Assembly (NCBI GenBank): GCA_031411295.1
Contig: JANOAV010000087.1
Coordinates: 114,362 to 178,361 of the forward strand
Direction of reading: 5' to 3'
Source of the DNA: Verrucomicrobiales bacterium
GTDB lineage: Bacteria; Verrucomicrobiota; Verrucomicrobiia; Verrucomicrobiales; V1-33
DNA: 64,000 bases
Shown here: one piece after another, positions 47,879 through 58,448 of the stretch
How positions within the stretch are numbered: the stretch's first letter is position 1
Layout of the letters: each line of letters begins with the position of its first letter
Translations under genes and position numbers: made by a program
The notes under the pieces: generated by a model
What the model saw: only the letters and a program-made list of their open reading frames with translations
Databases searched by the model: none
What the model was told of the DNA's origin: nothing

Positions 47879-48013
47879 TCGCACCAGTAGTGCGACGGGT
47901 CGGGGGCAGCGTCAATTTTGGAATTCAGGAAAATTCCACGGCTCACGCGCGTCATGGCCGGACAATCCTTGCAAATTGTGCCGCCCCGGTCATGAATCAG
48001 TCCTTCGTTTCCT

Positions 48014-48634
48014 ATGAACGCACCCCCTCCTCCACGTCTCGGGCTCTTGGCCACCCTCATTTTCAGTTCTCGCTGGCTCCAGCTGCCGCTCTATCTGGGC
48101 TTGATTGTGGCCCAGGGGGTTTACGTAGTCTTGTTTCTCAAAGAACTTTGGCATCTGATCACCGGGGCCACGAGCCTCTCGGAACAACAGATGATGCTCC
48201 TCGTGCTTGGTCTGATCGATGTCGTCATGATTTCAAATCTGCTGATGATGGTCATCGTTGGGGGCTATGAGACTTTCGTCTCCAGGCTGGGCCTGCAACA
48301 CCACCCCGATCAACCCGAGTGGCTCAACCATGTCAATGCCTCGGTGCTTAAGGTGAAGCTGGCCATGGCCATTATTGGAATCAGTTCCGTTCACCTCCTC
48401 AAGACCTTCATCGCTGCTGGCAGCCTTGGCGCAACCGATCCTGTAGCCGCTGCTGATGCTGTAGCCGCTGCCGCTGGGGTCGTGCCGACCGGGGAAAAGG
48501 TGACTCCGCTCGGCGTCATGTGGCAGACCATCATCCATGCTATTTTCATCCTTTCTGCTCTGGGCATCGCTTGGACGGATCGTATCATGAGCAGCAGCTC
48601 CGCACCCAAAACCCCCGCCGCCAAAGACCCGTGA
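48014..48634 (+). CDS. TIGR00645/UPF0114 (YqhA-like) membrane protein
   Basis: SRWLQLPLYLGL, VLGLIDVVMISNLL, GGYETFVSRL, LKVKLAMAIIGISS. Confidence 0.88.
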   Translation: MNAPPPPRLGLLATLIFSSRWLQLPLYLGLIVAQGVYVVLFLKELWHLITGATSLSEQQMMLLVLGLIDVVMISNLLMMVIVGGYETFVSRLGLQHHPDQPEWLNHVNASVLKVKLAMAIIGISSVHLLKTFIAAGSLGATDPVAAADAVAAAAGVVPTGEKVTPLGVMWQTIIHAIFILSALGIAWTDRIMSSSSAPKTPAAKDP

Positions 48635-48741
48635 AAATCTTGCTCGCCAAAATTTCGTCTTTAAGCTAAACGTAAGCAGAAATCGTGAACCTACTTCCGT
48701 AATTTACTTAGAACATCACACACCCTGCCAGCGCACCACTT

Positions 48742-49533
48742 ATGAAATCACTCACATCACCTGTTAGAATCATCCTGACTTTGCTCTCCTCTGCTGCGAT
48801 TGCGGCGGTCAGCCAGGCTGCGCCAGACTCCGCCGCAACGGCTGCTGCTCTCGTCGCTGCCGCTGCTGGCCCAACCCTCAAAATGGGGGATGCCGCACCT
48901 GAGTTCAAGGTCACCCAATGGCACAAGGGCGAGCCCGTGAAGATGGAAGCAGATAAGACCTACATTGTTGAGTGTTGGGCCACGTGGTGCGGTCCCTGCA
49001 TCGCGGCGTTTCCTCACCTGAGCGAATTGGCGAAGGCTAACGAAGGCAAGATTACGGTGATTGGCGTCAACGTTTGGGAAAAGAAAAAGCCCGAAGAAGT
49101 GAAAACGTTCGTAGATGGTCAGGGCGATAAAATGTCCTACCGTGTGGCCGCTGATGGCGATGGATACATCGCAGACAAATGGCTTAAGGCTGCGGGCCGC
49201 AATGGCATTCCCTGCGCCTTTGTCGTCAGCAAGGGGAAGGTCGCTTGGATCGGCCATCCTGGCACCCTCAATCAGGAAATCCTCACCAGTGTGGTCGAGG
49301 GCACCTTTGATGTGGCTGCCGCTGAGAAAGCCGAAGCCAAGAAAGCCGCCCCGGCTAATTATTTCAAGGAGCACGTCATGCCGTTAATGGTCAAGAAGGA
49401 CACCGCTGGTGCGATTGCTCAGTTGGAAGCCATGAAAAAGGAATTTCCTGATGAGGAAAAGAACATCGACAGCCACATCACGCGCCTGAAGGCCCAGCTT
49501 GCCAAAGCAGCAGAGTCACCAGCAAAACCGTAA
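48742..49533 (+). CDS. Exported TlpA-like thiol-disulfide oxidoreductase
   Basis: Signal peptide, GDAAPEF, WATWCGPC, GIPCAFVV. Confidence 0.9.
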   Translation: MKSLTSPVRIILTLLSSAAIAAVSQAAPDSAATAAALVAAAAGPTLKMGDAAPEFKVTQWHKGEPVKMEADKTYIVECWATWCGPCIAAFPHLSELAKANEGKITVIGVNVWEKKKPEEVKTFVDGQGDKMSYRVAADGDGYIADKWLKAAGRNGIPCAFVVSKGKVAWIGHPGTLNQEILTSVVEGTFDVAAAEKAEAKKAAPANYFKEHVMPLMVKKDTAGAIAQLEAMKKEFPDEEKNIDSHITRLKAQLAKAAESPAKP

Positions 49534-49563
49534 GCCGCCAGCATCCTGGTTTGCGGGGCGGCT
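49533..49563. terminator. Hairpin between convergent genes (possible bidirectional terminator)
   Basis: AGCCGCC...GGCGGCT stem spanning both stop codons; no U-tract. Confidence 0.4.
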
Positions 49564-50506
49564 AATCCCCGTTGAGCGAATCCCAGTTAGCTGGAAGCTG
49601 GAAGCCCATCTCATTGGCTTCCAGTTCCGCCTTGGTTCGACGTTCCGTTTTCCAATTGTCGTAGGACGATTGTTGATCCTGGCGCAGCACTTGGCGGATC
49701 GCTTCATCCCGACCTTCACGATTGGCCAGCGGTGCGTCGGCTGAGACCCCTTCCAGTTGCATGGAGGGATCAAAGTCCTGCGAGCTGCGCGCCATGATGG
49801 AGAAGACCTGATCCTTCTGCGCTTCGTCCAACTGAACCGTTTGATGGAGCCGTTCCACCTTGCCATCGGCCTCATTTTGCACGCGATTGGCGCGTTCCGT
49901 TAGACGATCCCGCCGAAACGTCTCCAGCATCGGGCTTTGCAATTGAGTTTCCATAAAGCCATCCAATCCGTCCGCTGGGCGGTTATTTCGTCCCGCTTTG
50001 GCGAGGTCTTCGAATCTGGTATTGGGATCAAAGGCAATCTGCTTGAACTCATCCGCATTCCGATCCGCCCGCTCCTTCAACCAGACCTTCAGCGCTTCCT
50101 GCTGCGGAGCGGAGAGTTTATATTTGCGCTCCATTTCCCCGGCAATGTTCTCGAAATGACGTCGTTCATCCCGCCGCCGCATGCGGTCGAAGATGGGGGA
50201 CAGATCACGCATAATGGGCTTCAACGCTTGGTAAATGTTGTTCATGTCCACCGGTCGCCCCGCCTTGAGATCATCCAACGCAGCCCGCGCCCCGGCACTC
50301 AGCGCGCCGTTGATATCTTCACGCTGCCGCGCCTGACTGGGATCGATCTTCGCTAGTCGCAGCCGGGTATCGCGCAACTCGGTTTCCAACGAGAGGATCC
50401 GCGCCTCGGGCGTGCCTTCCGGCGGTAGCATACTGCCACGGATCAGTAAACTGGCGGCCACACCGATGGTGAGGCCAAGAAATACGAGGAGAGCATTGCG
50501 GATCAT
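49562..50506 (-). CDS. Hypothetical membrane-anchored helical protein
   Basis: N-terminal TM segment MIRNALLVFLGLTIGVAASLLI and Spy/LTXXQ-like LSAPQQ and LDEAQKDQ segments. Confidence 0.7.
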   Translation of the reverse strand: MIRNALLVFLGLTIGVAASLLIRGSMLPPEGTPEARILSLETELRDTRLRLAKIDPSQARQREDINGALSAGARAALDDLKAGRPVDMNNIYQALKPIMRDLSPIFDRMRRRDERRHFENIAGEMERKYKLSAPQQEALKVWLKERADRNADEFKQIAFDPNTRFEDLAKAGRNNRPADGLDGFMETQLQSPMLETFRRDRLTERANRVQNEADGKVERLHQTVQLDEAQKDQVFSIMARSSQDFDPSMQLEGVSADAPLANREGRDEAIRQVLRQDQQSSYDNWKTERRTKAELEANEMGFQLPANWDSLNGD

Positions 50507-50647
50507 GGTGAGAGCATCCCACGGATTTTGCAATTGTCCACCCACTCCCCAGGACACCAGAGCAATGCGGATGCATCGCATGAACGGGTTCCGTGCTTGC
50601 GACGGATTTCAACTTGAGCCGGGTCGTCGGACTGGCTATGGTTCGTC

Positions 50648-53600
50648 ATGATTTGTCGTCCCAATTCACTGATCCTCCTGTTCGCCTCCGCCGGTTTCCT
50701 GTCGGCCCAGGAGAAACTATCCTTTAATCGAGACATCCGTCCGATCCTGTCTGACAAATGCTTCTCCTGCCATGGCTTGGATGCCAAGCATCGCAAAGGC
50801 GAACTGCGACTGGACTTGCCGGAAGGAGCTTACGGCAAGGGTGAAAGCGGTGCCGTGGCGGTGAAACCAGGGGATGTGACCGGCAGCGAATTATGGAAAC
50901 GCATCAATCTGGTGGCGGACGATGACGATGCCATGCCGCCTGCCAAAACGCACAAGACCATTTCCCCGGCAGAGAAATTGACCATAAAAAAATGGATCGA
51001 GCAGGGTGCCCCTTATCAGAAGCATTGGGCCTACGAGCCCCCCATCAAAGCTCCGATCCCAGCGGGCAGCGCGAATGCGATTGATGCCTTTCTGCTGGAA
51101 CGTCTGCAGCGCGAGGGTCTGAGTTTCCTGCCAAGGGCGGACAAATCGACCTTGTTGCGACGGGTGACTTTCACCCTGACCGGATTCCCCCCGACCCCGG
51201 CGGAGACGGATGCATTTCTGGCGGACAACTCCCCAGACGCTTATGAAAAGGCCGTGGATCGGTTGCTGGCCAATCCCGCGTATGGCGAAGAAATGGGTCG
51301 TCATTGGCTGGATGTGGCCCGCTATGGAGACACGCACGGGCTGCACTTGGATAATGAACGCTCGATGTGGCCGTATCGCGATTGGGTGGTGGGCGCATTT
51401 AATCGGAATCTTCCGTTCGATCAATTTACGATAGAGCAACTGGCGGGAGATCTCTTGCCTAACCCGACTGCTGATCAGCAGGTGGCCACTGGATTTAATC
51501 GCTGCAATGTTAGCACCAGTGAAGGCGGGGCCATCAATGAGGAGTTCATTTTCCGTTATGCGGTGGATCGCACTTCCACCACGGTGCAAACTTGGCTCGG
51601 CCTCACGGGAGGCTGTGCGGTGTGTCATGATCATAAATTTGACCCCATTTCGCAAAAGGAATTCTATTCGCTCTATGCCTTCTTCAACAGCACGGCGGAT
51701 CCCGCCATGGATGGCAATGCGTTAGTCTCAGGCCCGGTGGCTCGCCTTACCACGCCGGAATACCTGAAGCAGACGGCGGCAGTGGACGCGCAACTGAAAG
51801 CGGTGGAGCAGAAGTCCCAGGAGGCCGCGGCCAAGATTGTCTATGTCGATCCCGCCACCGTGGTGCCCTTGCCGCCTGCTCAGGAGCAGGAAACAATGCT
51901 CATTGAAGATGATTTCCCTGCCGGTGCCAAGCATACGACGAATGTCCCAAACAGCACCAAATGGGTGACTGCTCCAGAGTTCCCCGTCGCCAGTGGACAG
52001 AAATCATTTCGCATCAGCGGCACCGGCGTGACGCAGGAATATTATCAGGATGGAGCCGCTCCGATCGAAATCCCCGCGGGCGCGCGCTTCAGTCTCAAAG
52101 TATTTCTCGATCCTGCCAACCCTCCCAAGGCCATCATGCTGCAATGCCATCGCGAAGGCTGGTCCCACCGTGTGATGTGGGGTGATGACAAGGCGATTCC
52201 CGGCTGGGGCAAACCCAACTCGGGTGAGCGCTTCGTAGCCGGTGCGCTGCCCAATGCTGGCGAGTGGGTGACGCTGGAAGTGCCGGTGGAGAAACTGGAT
52301 TTGAAAGGCGGGGACAAACTCATCGGACTGGCTTTCACGTTGGATGGCGGCACGGCGTATTTTGATAAGCTGGCGTTCCTTTCCTTCAGCGACGATGCGC
52401 ACAATCCCAGCAAGTCGCTGCAGGCTTGGCTGGCGCCCAAGGAAGGTAAAGACACCCCAGGCCTGCCAGCGGAAATTAACAAGCTTCTGAAAAAAACACC
52501 GGCGGAAAAGCGGAATCCAGTCCAGCAGAAACAGCTCTTGGACTACTACACCGCCAACGTCTGCACGGCCACCAAATCGATCTTAGGCCCCTTGACCGCT
52601 GAGGTCGATAAACTGAAAGCCGAACGCAAAAAACTGGACGACACCGTGCCGGTGAGTTTGTCAATGAAGGACATGGATAAACCGCGCGATACTTTCATCA
52701 TGGTTCGCGGAGCCTACGATAAGCCCGGTGAAAAAGTGGAGCCGAGCGTGCCCAAGGTGTTCCCGCCGCTGGTTAAAGAAGGTCGCGCGAATCGTTTGGA
52801 TCTGGCCCGCTGGTTGGTGAGCAACGAACATCCGCTGACTTCTCGCGTCACGGTGAATCGCTTCTGGCAACAAGCGTTTGGCGTTGGTTTGGTGAAATCC
52901 ACCGCCGACTTCGGCTCGCAAGGGCAACCCCCGAGCCATCCCGAGTTGCTCGATTTCCTGGCGGTGTCGTTTCGTGAGAGTGGCTGGGATGTGAAGAAAC
53001 TCATGCGGAGTTTCGTCACCAGTGCAGCCTTCCAACAAACCGCCGCCGCCCCCGCGGACCTGTGGAAGCGGGATCCGGAGAATCGCTGGCTGGCCCGCGG
53101 ACCGCGCGTTCGGCTGGAAGCAGAGCAAATTCGGGATAACGCCCTGTTCGTTTCCGGCCTGCTGGATCAAACCATGGGTGGCCGTGGCGTGCGCCCCTAC
53201 CAACCGCCGAACATTTGGGAGCCCGTGGCTTACATCGACAGCAACACTGCTAAATACAAAGCGGACGAAGGCAATGCGCTTTACCGCCGCAGTCTTTACA
53301 CGTTCCTGAAACGCACCGCTCCACCACCATTCATGGCCAACTTCGATGGTCCCTCGCGCGAGCAAAGCTGCCCCGTCCGCGAGCGCAGCAACACGCCCAT
53401 GCAGGCGCTGCAACTCATGAACGATGTGCAGCACATCGAAGCTGCCAGAGCCATGGCGCAACGTTTAATGACGGATGGAGGCGCTACGCCAGAGTCCCGC
53501 ATTCGCCATGCCTATCGGCTCGTGCTGGCACGCGATCCACGGCCGGAAGAACTGACGATTGTCCGCACCGCCTTCGATCAGCATTTGGACGCTTATCAGA

Positions 53601-53740
53601 AAGCTCCCGCCGAAGCAGCGAAATTTATCCGTCAAGGCGGCTCCGCTCCCAAGGCCGGACTGGCTGAACCTGAACTGGCTGCCTGGACGCTTATTTCCAA
53701 CCTCGTCCTCAATTTGGATGAAACCGTTAACCGCAACTAA
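50648..53740 (+). CDS. PSD1/planctomycete cytochrome c domain protein (DUF1549 + DUF1553)
   Basis: [68 protein letters not shown]. Confidence 0.92.
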   Translation: MICRPNSLILLFASAGFLSAQEKLSFNRDIRPILSDKCFSCHGLDAKHRKGELRLDLPEGAYGKGESGAVAVKPGDVTGSELWKRINLVADDDDAMPPAKTHKTISPAEKLTIKKWIEQGAPYQKHWAYEPPIKAPIPAGSANAIDAFLLERLQREGLSFLPRADKSTLLRRVTFTLTGFPPTPAETDAFLADNSPDAYEKAVDRLLANPAYGEEMGRHWLDVARYGDTHGLHLDNERSMWPYRDWVVGAFNRNLPFDQFTIEQLAGDLLPNPTADQQVATGFNRCNVSTSEGGAINEEFIFRYAVDRTSTTVQTWLGLTGGCAVCHDHKFDPISQKEFYSLYAFFNSTADPAMDGNALVSGPVARLTTPEYLKQTAAVDAQLKAVEQKSQEAAAKIVYVDPATVVPLPPAQEQETMLIEDDFPAGAKHTTNVPNSTKWVTAPEFPVASGQKSFRISGTGVTQEYYQDGAAPIEIPAGARFSLKVFLDPANPPKAIMLQCHREGWSHRVMWGDDKAIPGWGKPNSGERFVAGALPNAGEWVTLEVPVEKLDLKGGDKLIGLAFTLDGGTAYFDKLAFLSFSDDAHNPSKSLQAWLAPKEGKDTPGLPAEINKLLKKTPAEKRNPVQQKQLLDYYTANVCTATKSILGPLTAEVDKLKAERKKLDDTVPVSLSMKDMDKPRDTFIMVRGAYDKPGEKVEPSVPKVFPPLVKEGRANRLDLARWLVSNEHPLTSRVTVNRFWQQAFGVGLVKSTADFGSQGQPPSHPELLDFLAVSFRESGWDVKKLMRSFVTSAAFQQTAAAPADLWKRDPENRWLARGPRVRLEAEQIRDNALFVSGLLDQTMGGRGVRPYQPPNIWEPVAYIDSNTAKYKADEGNALYRRSLYTFLKRTAPPPFMANFDGPSREQSCPVRERSNTPMQALQLMNDVQHIEAARAMAQRLMTDGGATPESRIRHAYRLVLARDPRPEELTIVRTAFDQHLDAYQKAPAEAAKFIRQGGSAPKAGLAEPELAAWTLISNLVLNLDETVNRN

Positions 53741-53741
53741 C

Positions 53742-55211
53742 ATGGACCCACTCTTTCAAAATCATCTCCTGCAAACCCGTCGGCAATTCTTCGGCTCCAC
53801 CGGCATTCGTCTGGGCAGTCTGGCCTTGGCGCAGCTGCTGGGCAACACTACCGCAGCCACGGGCGCCAATACCACGAACCGCATCCAGCCCGGGTTGCCC
53901 AATCTGCCCCACTTCAAGCCCAAGGCCAAGGCGCTGATCTACATCCACATGAGCGGCGGTCCCTCGCAGTTGGATATGTGGGACTACAAACCAGAGTTGC
54001 AGAAATATTACGATCAGGAATTACCCAAGTCCGTGCGGGGCGATCAACGGATCACCACCATGACCAGTGGCCAGAGCAAATTGGCGGTCGCTCCGTCGTT
54101 GTTTAAATTTGCCCAGCATGGCAAATGCGGTCGTTGGGTCAGTGAATTGCTGCCGCACACTGCCAAGATCGTGGATGACATTGCGTTGATCAAGACCGTC
54201 CACACCACGGCCATCAATCACGACCCTGCGTGCACCTTCGTCATGAGCGGATCCGAAATCCCCGGACGCGCCAGCCTGGGCACATGGCTCTCTTACGGTC
54301 TCGGCAGCGACAGTAACAACCTGCCGGCCTTCGTTTGTCTCACTCCGAAATATCCGCTCACCAGCAATGGTCAGGCGCTCTTTTCCCGGATGTGGAACAG
54401 TGGATTCCTGCCCACCAAACACACTGGCGTCGTGCTCCGGGGCGCGGGCGATCCCGTGCTCTACTTGCAGAACCCGGATGGTCTCGCCAGCACCGAACGT
54501 CGCCACATGTTGGACGCGTTAGGGAAATTGAACCAGCAAGGGTTCGACCGCATTGGTGATCCCGAAATCCAGACCCGCATTTCCCAATACGAAATGGCCT
54601 TCCGCATGCAGTCCAGCGTGCCGGAACTCGTGGACATGACCAAGGAATCCCCTGCGTCGCTGGAACTCTATGGCGACAAAGTGAAGGAGTCCGGCAGCTT
54701 TGCCCACAGCATGCTGATGTCGCGTCGCCTAGTCGAACGCGGCGTGCGCGTGGTGCAGATTATGCACCGTGGTTGGGATCAACATGGCAATTTACCCAAC
54801 GACATCCGCAACCAATGTAAAGACACCGACCAAGGAGTCAGCGCCTTGATTCAAGACCTGAAACTCCACGGCATGTTGGATGATACGCTCGTCGTCTGGG
54901 GCGGAGAATTCGGCCGCACCGTCTATTCGCAGGGCGGCCTCAGCGCCACCAATTACGGACGGGATCACCACCCACGGAATTTCTGCATGTGGATGGCCGG
55001 CGGCGGTATCAAAGGCGGTATCAGCTTGGGTGAGACGGATGATTTCTCCTACAACGTCGTCAGCGATCCCGTCTCGCTCTTCGACTTCAACGCGACCATC
55101 CTGCACTGCATGGGCATCGACCACGAGAAGTTCACCTACCCCTTCCAAGGCTTGGACATGCGTCTCACGGGCGTGGAACCTTGCGGCCCCGTGAGGCAAT
55201 TGCTGGCGTAA
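53742..55211 (+). CDS. DUF1501 domain protein (Tat-exported)
   Basis: [46 protein letters not shown]. Confidence 0.93.
   Translation: MDPLFQNHLLQTRRQFFGSTGIRLGSLALAQLLGNTTAATGANTTNRIQPGLPNLPHFKPKAKALIYIHMSGGPSQLDMWDYKPELQKYYDQELPKSVRGDQRITTMTSGQSKLAVAPSLFKFAQHGKCGRWVSELLPHTAKIVDDIALIKTVHTTAINHDPACTFVMSGSEIPGRASLGTWLSYGLGSDSNNLPAFVCLTPKYPLTSNGQALFSRMWNSGFLPTKHTGVVLRGAGDPVLYLQNPDGLASTERRHMLDALGKLNQQGFDRIGDPEIQTRISQYEMAFRMQSSVPELVDMTKESPASLELYGDKVKESGSFAHSMLMSRRLVERGVRVVQIMHRGWDQHGNLPNDIRNQCKDTDQGVSALIQDLKLHGMLDDTLVVWGGEFGRTVYSQGGLSATNYGRDHHPRNFCMWMAGGGIKGGISLGETDDFSYNVVSDPVSLFDFNATILHCMGIDHEKFTYPFQGLDMRLTGVEPCGPVRQLLA
55044..55210 (+). repeat. Left copy of a 167-bp imperfect direct repeat (3' end of the DUF1501 gene)
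   Basis: Matches 61484-61650 with 11 mismatches counted by hand; the first 41 bp are identical. Confidence 0.95.
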
Positions 55212-55427
55212 GGGAGGCGGAGGCGGTGCCAAGAGATGGCTAATATCGAAATGTTGGTCTTGGAAGGACGCTACAGTGCTGCCGGGGTTTGGATACAATA
55301 TGGAAATCATGGAAAATAGTGTCAATGACTTCTTTGGTAATGCGTTTGACGTTTAGTTTTGACACCGCCTTCATGCATGAACGCGTATTCACTATGCAAT
55401 CGTGATCACGTGAGACACACTGTGTTC

Positions 55428-56321
55428 ATGAAAGCAGCAACCCTCCCCCTCCTTGCCGCGAAAGAGTTTAGAGCGTCACGACTCTTCCGTGACTACCAAG
55501 CGGCGTTTGAAAATGTGACTGGTTTACCGTTGGCGATCCAAGCTCCAGAGGAGCCAAATCTTCGACTGTTAGAGCGGCCGAACCACAATCCCTTCTGTTC
55601 CCTCATGATGAAACGCAACGCAGCCTGTGCTGCCTGCGCAACCAATCAATTTCATGGCGAGGCACCTGCATCATTGGCTCCGCAGACTTACCGTTGCTTT
55701 GCTGGCTTGTGGCAAAGCGCGGTGTCGGTATGCGTTGAGGGCAGGTTGGTGGCCTCGTTGCGCACGGGGCCCGTGCTCCTGCATCAACCGGAGGCGGAAC
55801 AGTTCAGCGAGATCGCTCAGCAACTGATCAAGTGGGGTTTCGAGGCCGATCTCAAAAAAGCAGAAACGGCCTGGCTGGCCAGCACAGTGCTAACGCCCAC
55901 CCGATATGATGCTGTGCTTCGATTGCTGGAAATCTTCGCCCAACACCTCTCACTCTGTGCTTCAGCCCTCTGTGCGCAGACCGTGTCCAGTGAACCTGAA
56001 GCCGTCACCAAAGCCCGCAGGCTGATCCAGGATAAATGCGCCCTGCCCATTTCCGTGCGGGAGATCGCCCGAGCCGTCAACGTGAGCGCAGGTTATTTTA
56101 GCGAACTCTTCCACAAGGCCACCGGCCTGACCTTCACTGACTACGTCGCCCGCGTCCGAGTGGAAAAAGTAAAGCACCTGCTGGAAAATCCTCATCTGCA
56201 AATCACCACCATCGCGTTCGAGAATGGATTTCAATCGCTGTCCCAGTTTAACCGCGTCTTCAAACAACTCACCGGCGTGACGCCACGCGTTTACCGTTCT
56301 CGATTGAAGATGGCAGCCTAG
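55428..56321 (+). CDS. AraC-family regulator with PocR-type ligand-binding domain
   Basis: NPFCSLM...CAAC...CFAGL, then the HTH IARAVNVSAGYFSELF...GFQSLSQFNRVFKQLTGVTP. Confidence 0.92.
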   Translation: MKAATLPLLAAKEFRASRLFRDYQAAFENVTGLPLAIQAPEEPNLRLLERPNHNPFCSLMMKRNAACAACATNQFHGEAPASLAPQTYRCFAGLWQSAVSVCVEGRLVASLRTGPVLLHQPEAEQFSEIAQQLIKWGFEADLKKAETAWLASTVLTPTRYDAVLRLLEIFAQHLSLCASALCAQTVSSEPEAVTKARRLIQDKCALPISVREIARAVNVSAGYFSELFHKATGLTFTDYVARVRVEKVKHLLENPHLQITTIAFENGFQSLSQFNRVFKQLTGVTPRVYRSRLKMAA

Positions 56322-56507
56322 CAGAACGACAGGATTATTTGCTCAATTTTTCCGCAGCCATGCGGAGTAATTCCGATCTATTTGTGGCATCTTATGGCCG
56401 TCAGAGCGATTCTCGATCCGCCACAGTGCATTCCCCAACGCGCCCAGTTGAACGAACATCGTTTTGTCTTTTTATCCCAAACCAAAACCGCTGATCCCAT
56501 CCAACTC

Positions 56508-56747
56508 ATGAAACATAAGTCTGTTAGCATTCTTGCCGCCGCCTTCCTGCTGGCTGGCATCCAATCAAGTTCCGCCTTCGCTTTGACAACCCCATCGAAT
56601 CGTTCCGCATATCTCCTCCCCCAGGCCGCCATTTACGGCAGTTCAGGTGATGAAATCGCATCGACCGACCTCGTGGGATGTTCCGAAGAGGACTTCTCCG
56701 TGGACAAAGCCAAGAAGAAAAAGAAGAAGAAGGGCCGCGCCTCTTAG
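56508..56747 (+). CDS. Small secreted protein with C-terminal Lys7 run
   Basis: MKHKSVSILAAAFLLAGIQSSSAFA signal peptide; ends DKAKKKKKKKGRAS. Confidence 0.6.
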   Translation: MKHKSVSILAAAFLLAGIQSSSAFALTTPSNRSAYLLPQAAIYGSSGDEIASTDLVGCSEEDFSVDKAKKKKKKKGRAS

Positions 56748-56815
56748 TCCCGCAATTTCCCCACAACGACAACGTGTGAAACGCAGGCAGCGCCCTCACA
56801 TCCCCCCTAGGCAAC

Positions 56816-56844
56816 AAGCCGCTCCTTCACAGGGGCGGCTTTTT
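56816..56844 (+). terminator. Intrinsic terminator hairpin nested in a larger fold-back (56752-56863)
   Basis: AAGCCGCTCCT-TCAC-AGGGGCGGCTT followed by TTT. Confidence 0.7.
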
Positions 56845-57087
56845 GTCGTTGTGTTTCGATTGCTGGCTAACGGCCGACTGGGGAATCTGCGGAATGATTC
56901 GGAATCCATGCGCAGCAGTCAGCTCTATTTCGTGCATGGTGAAGTGTGATCAAGCAGTTCGTTGCGAATCAACCAGTCCACAGCGGTGGGTGGTCACCCC
57001 ATCGCCAACCATTGCTCTATCAATTAGCAATAACCAACCGATCTCCCGCGTTCGCCCAGACGGCATTTTCTAAACAACCATCTTTTT

Positions 57088-58206
57088 ATGAAACTCACAG
57101 CACTCAGTCCCACGACCCTTCGAACCATCAAGTGCGGGAGCATGGCGCTGTTGCTGCATGGCTATCTGCTTTCCGCCAGCCTGGCGGAAACGGTCTTCGA
57201 TACCCGTTATCAATATTACCAGGAGGACAATGGAAGAATTCGGGTGGATTCAGACTACTCACTCTTCAGCGTGGATCTGAGTGATTCCTTGGTGCTGGAT
57301 GGAACCTTGCTCTACAGCACCATTTCCGGGGCCTCTCCCACTGGCCTTCCATCGACGCAACGAGGCGGACAAGTGCCGGTCGTGGAAATCGAAGATGTGC
57401 GCTATGCAGGAACCTTGGGACTCACGGGAAAGATTGCCGATCACTCGTTGCGCGGCGGATTTTCCTACAGTAATGAGTCGGACTATCTTTCCCTGGGCGG
57501 TTCATTTACCGATACCATTTCCCTCAACAGCAAGAACACGGAACTGGTGCTGGGCTTTGCCTACACGCATGACACCGTGGGGGCCAACGGTAGTAACTTC
57601 AGCGCTACGAAACAAAGCTACGATTACATCGTGGGCATCAATCAAGTGCTGGGGCCGCAGACGTTGCTCAGCGTAAATTTGGGGTTGGGATGGAAACGCG
57701 GGTTCCTCAGCGATCCCTACAAACGCGCCTTGGTGGACAATCAAGTTTACCTTGAAGAACGCCCGGATCACAAGTTCGAGCAACTGCTCTACGCTCAACT
57801 TACTCAGGAGTTAATCGCGGACCGTCTTAGCTTGGAAGTGTCTTATCGACTGGGCCACAATGATCATGGCAGCATTTCCCACACGGCTAGTGTGGCGCTC
57901 TATCAATACCTCTTCGATAAGAAATTGGTGCTCCGTCCTAGCTTCCGCTTCTACGATCAGTCCGCAGCGGATTACTACGACACCTCGTTCACTGGCAACC
58001 CGGATTTCTACTCCAGCGACTATCGGGTCTCGGCGGAGCAAACGTTTAACCTCGGCTTCCAAGTGCGCTGGAATGTCATCAAAGACCGCTTGGGACTTGA
58101 TCTCGGCTACGAGCGCTACATCAGCCGCGGCACCGACGGCAAGACTTCACAATCCGCCTATCCCGATGCGCACTCCATCACGGCGGGCGTGCATCTGCAG
58201 TTTTAG
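57088..58206 (+). CDS. DUF3570 family outer-membrane beta-barrel-like protein
   Basis: YQYYQEDNGRIRV, ISGASPTG, YSNESDYLS, LNSKNTEL, GFLSDPYK, RFYDQSAADYY, YSSDYR; C-terminal Phe. Confidence 0.85.
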   Translation: MKLTALSPTTLRTIKCGSMALLLHGYLLSASLAETVFDTRYQYYQEDNGRIRVDSDYSLFSVDLSDSLVLDGTLLYSTISGASPTGLPSTQRGGQVPVVEIEDVRYAGTLGLTGKIADHSLRGGFSYSNESDYLSLGGSFTDTISLNSKNTELVLGFAYTHDTVGANGSNFSATKQSYDYIVGINQVLGPQTLLSVNLGLGWKRGFLSDPYKRALVDNQVYLEERPDHKFEQLLYAQLTQELIADRLSLEVSYRLGHNDHGSISHTASVALYQYLFDKKLVLRPSFRFYDQSAADYYDTSFTGNPDFYSSDYRVSAEQTFNLGFQVRWNVIKDRLGLDLGYERYISRGTDGKTSQSAYPDAHSITAGVHLQF

Positions 58207-58226
58207 TTTCATTTCCACTAACCTCC

Positions 58227-58448
58227 ATGAAAACCTTGCGTCATCTCCTCTGTCTCTCCGTCGCGCTCAGCGCCTGTTCCTGCTCGTCCACCCCTGTCAA
58301 ACCGTGGCAGCGCGGACATTTGGCGGACTACATCATGCGGCCGAGCCGTGATCCCCTGACAGATTCCATTTCAGAGCATGTGTGGTTCACGCGCGAAGCC
58401 TTTGCTGGCGGACGCGGAGTAGGGGGAGGCGGCTGTGGATGCAATTAA
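58227..58448 (+). CDS. DUF4266 family small lipoprotein
   Basis: Lipobox LSAC, VKPWQRGHLA, REAFAGGRGVGGGGCGCN. Confidence 0.9.
   Translation: MKTLRHLLCLSVALSACSCSSTPVKPWQRGHLADYIMRPSRDPLTDSISEHVWFTREAFAGGRGVGGGGCGCN

Noticed and set aside
55319..55410. Short palindromes (GTGTCAA/TTGACAC, TTCATGCATGAA, CGTGATCACG) upstream of the AraC gene
   Set aside because: They could be operator or element-end sequences, but no matching copy was found at the other islet end and no factor can be assigned.
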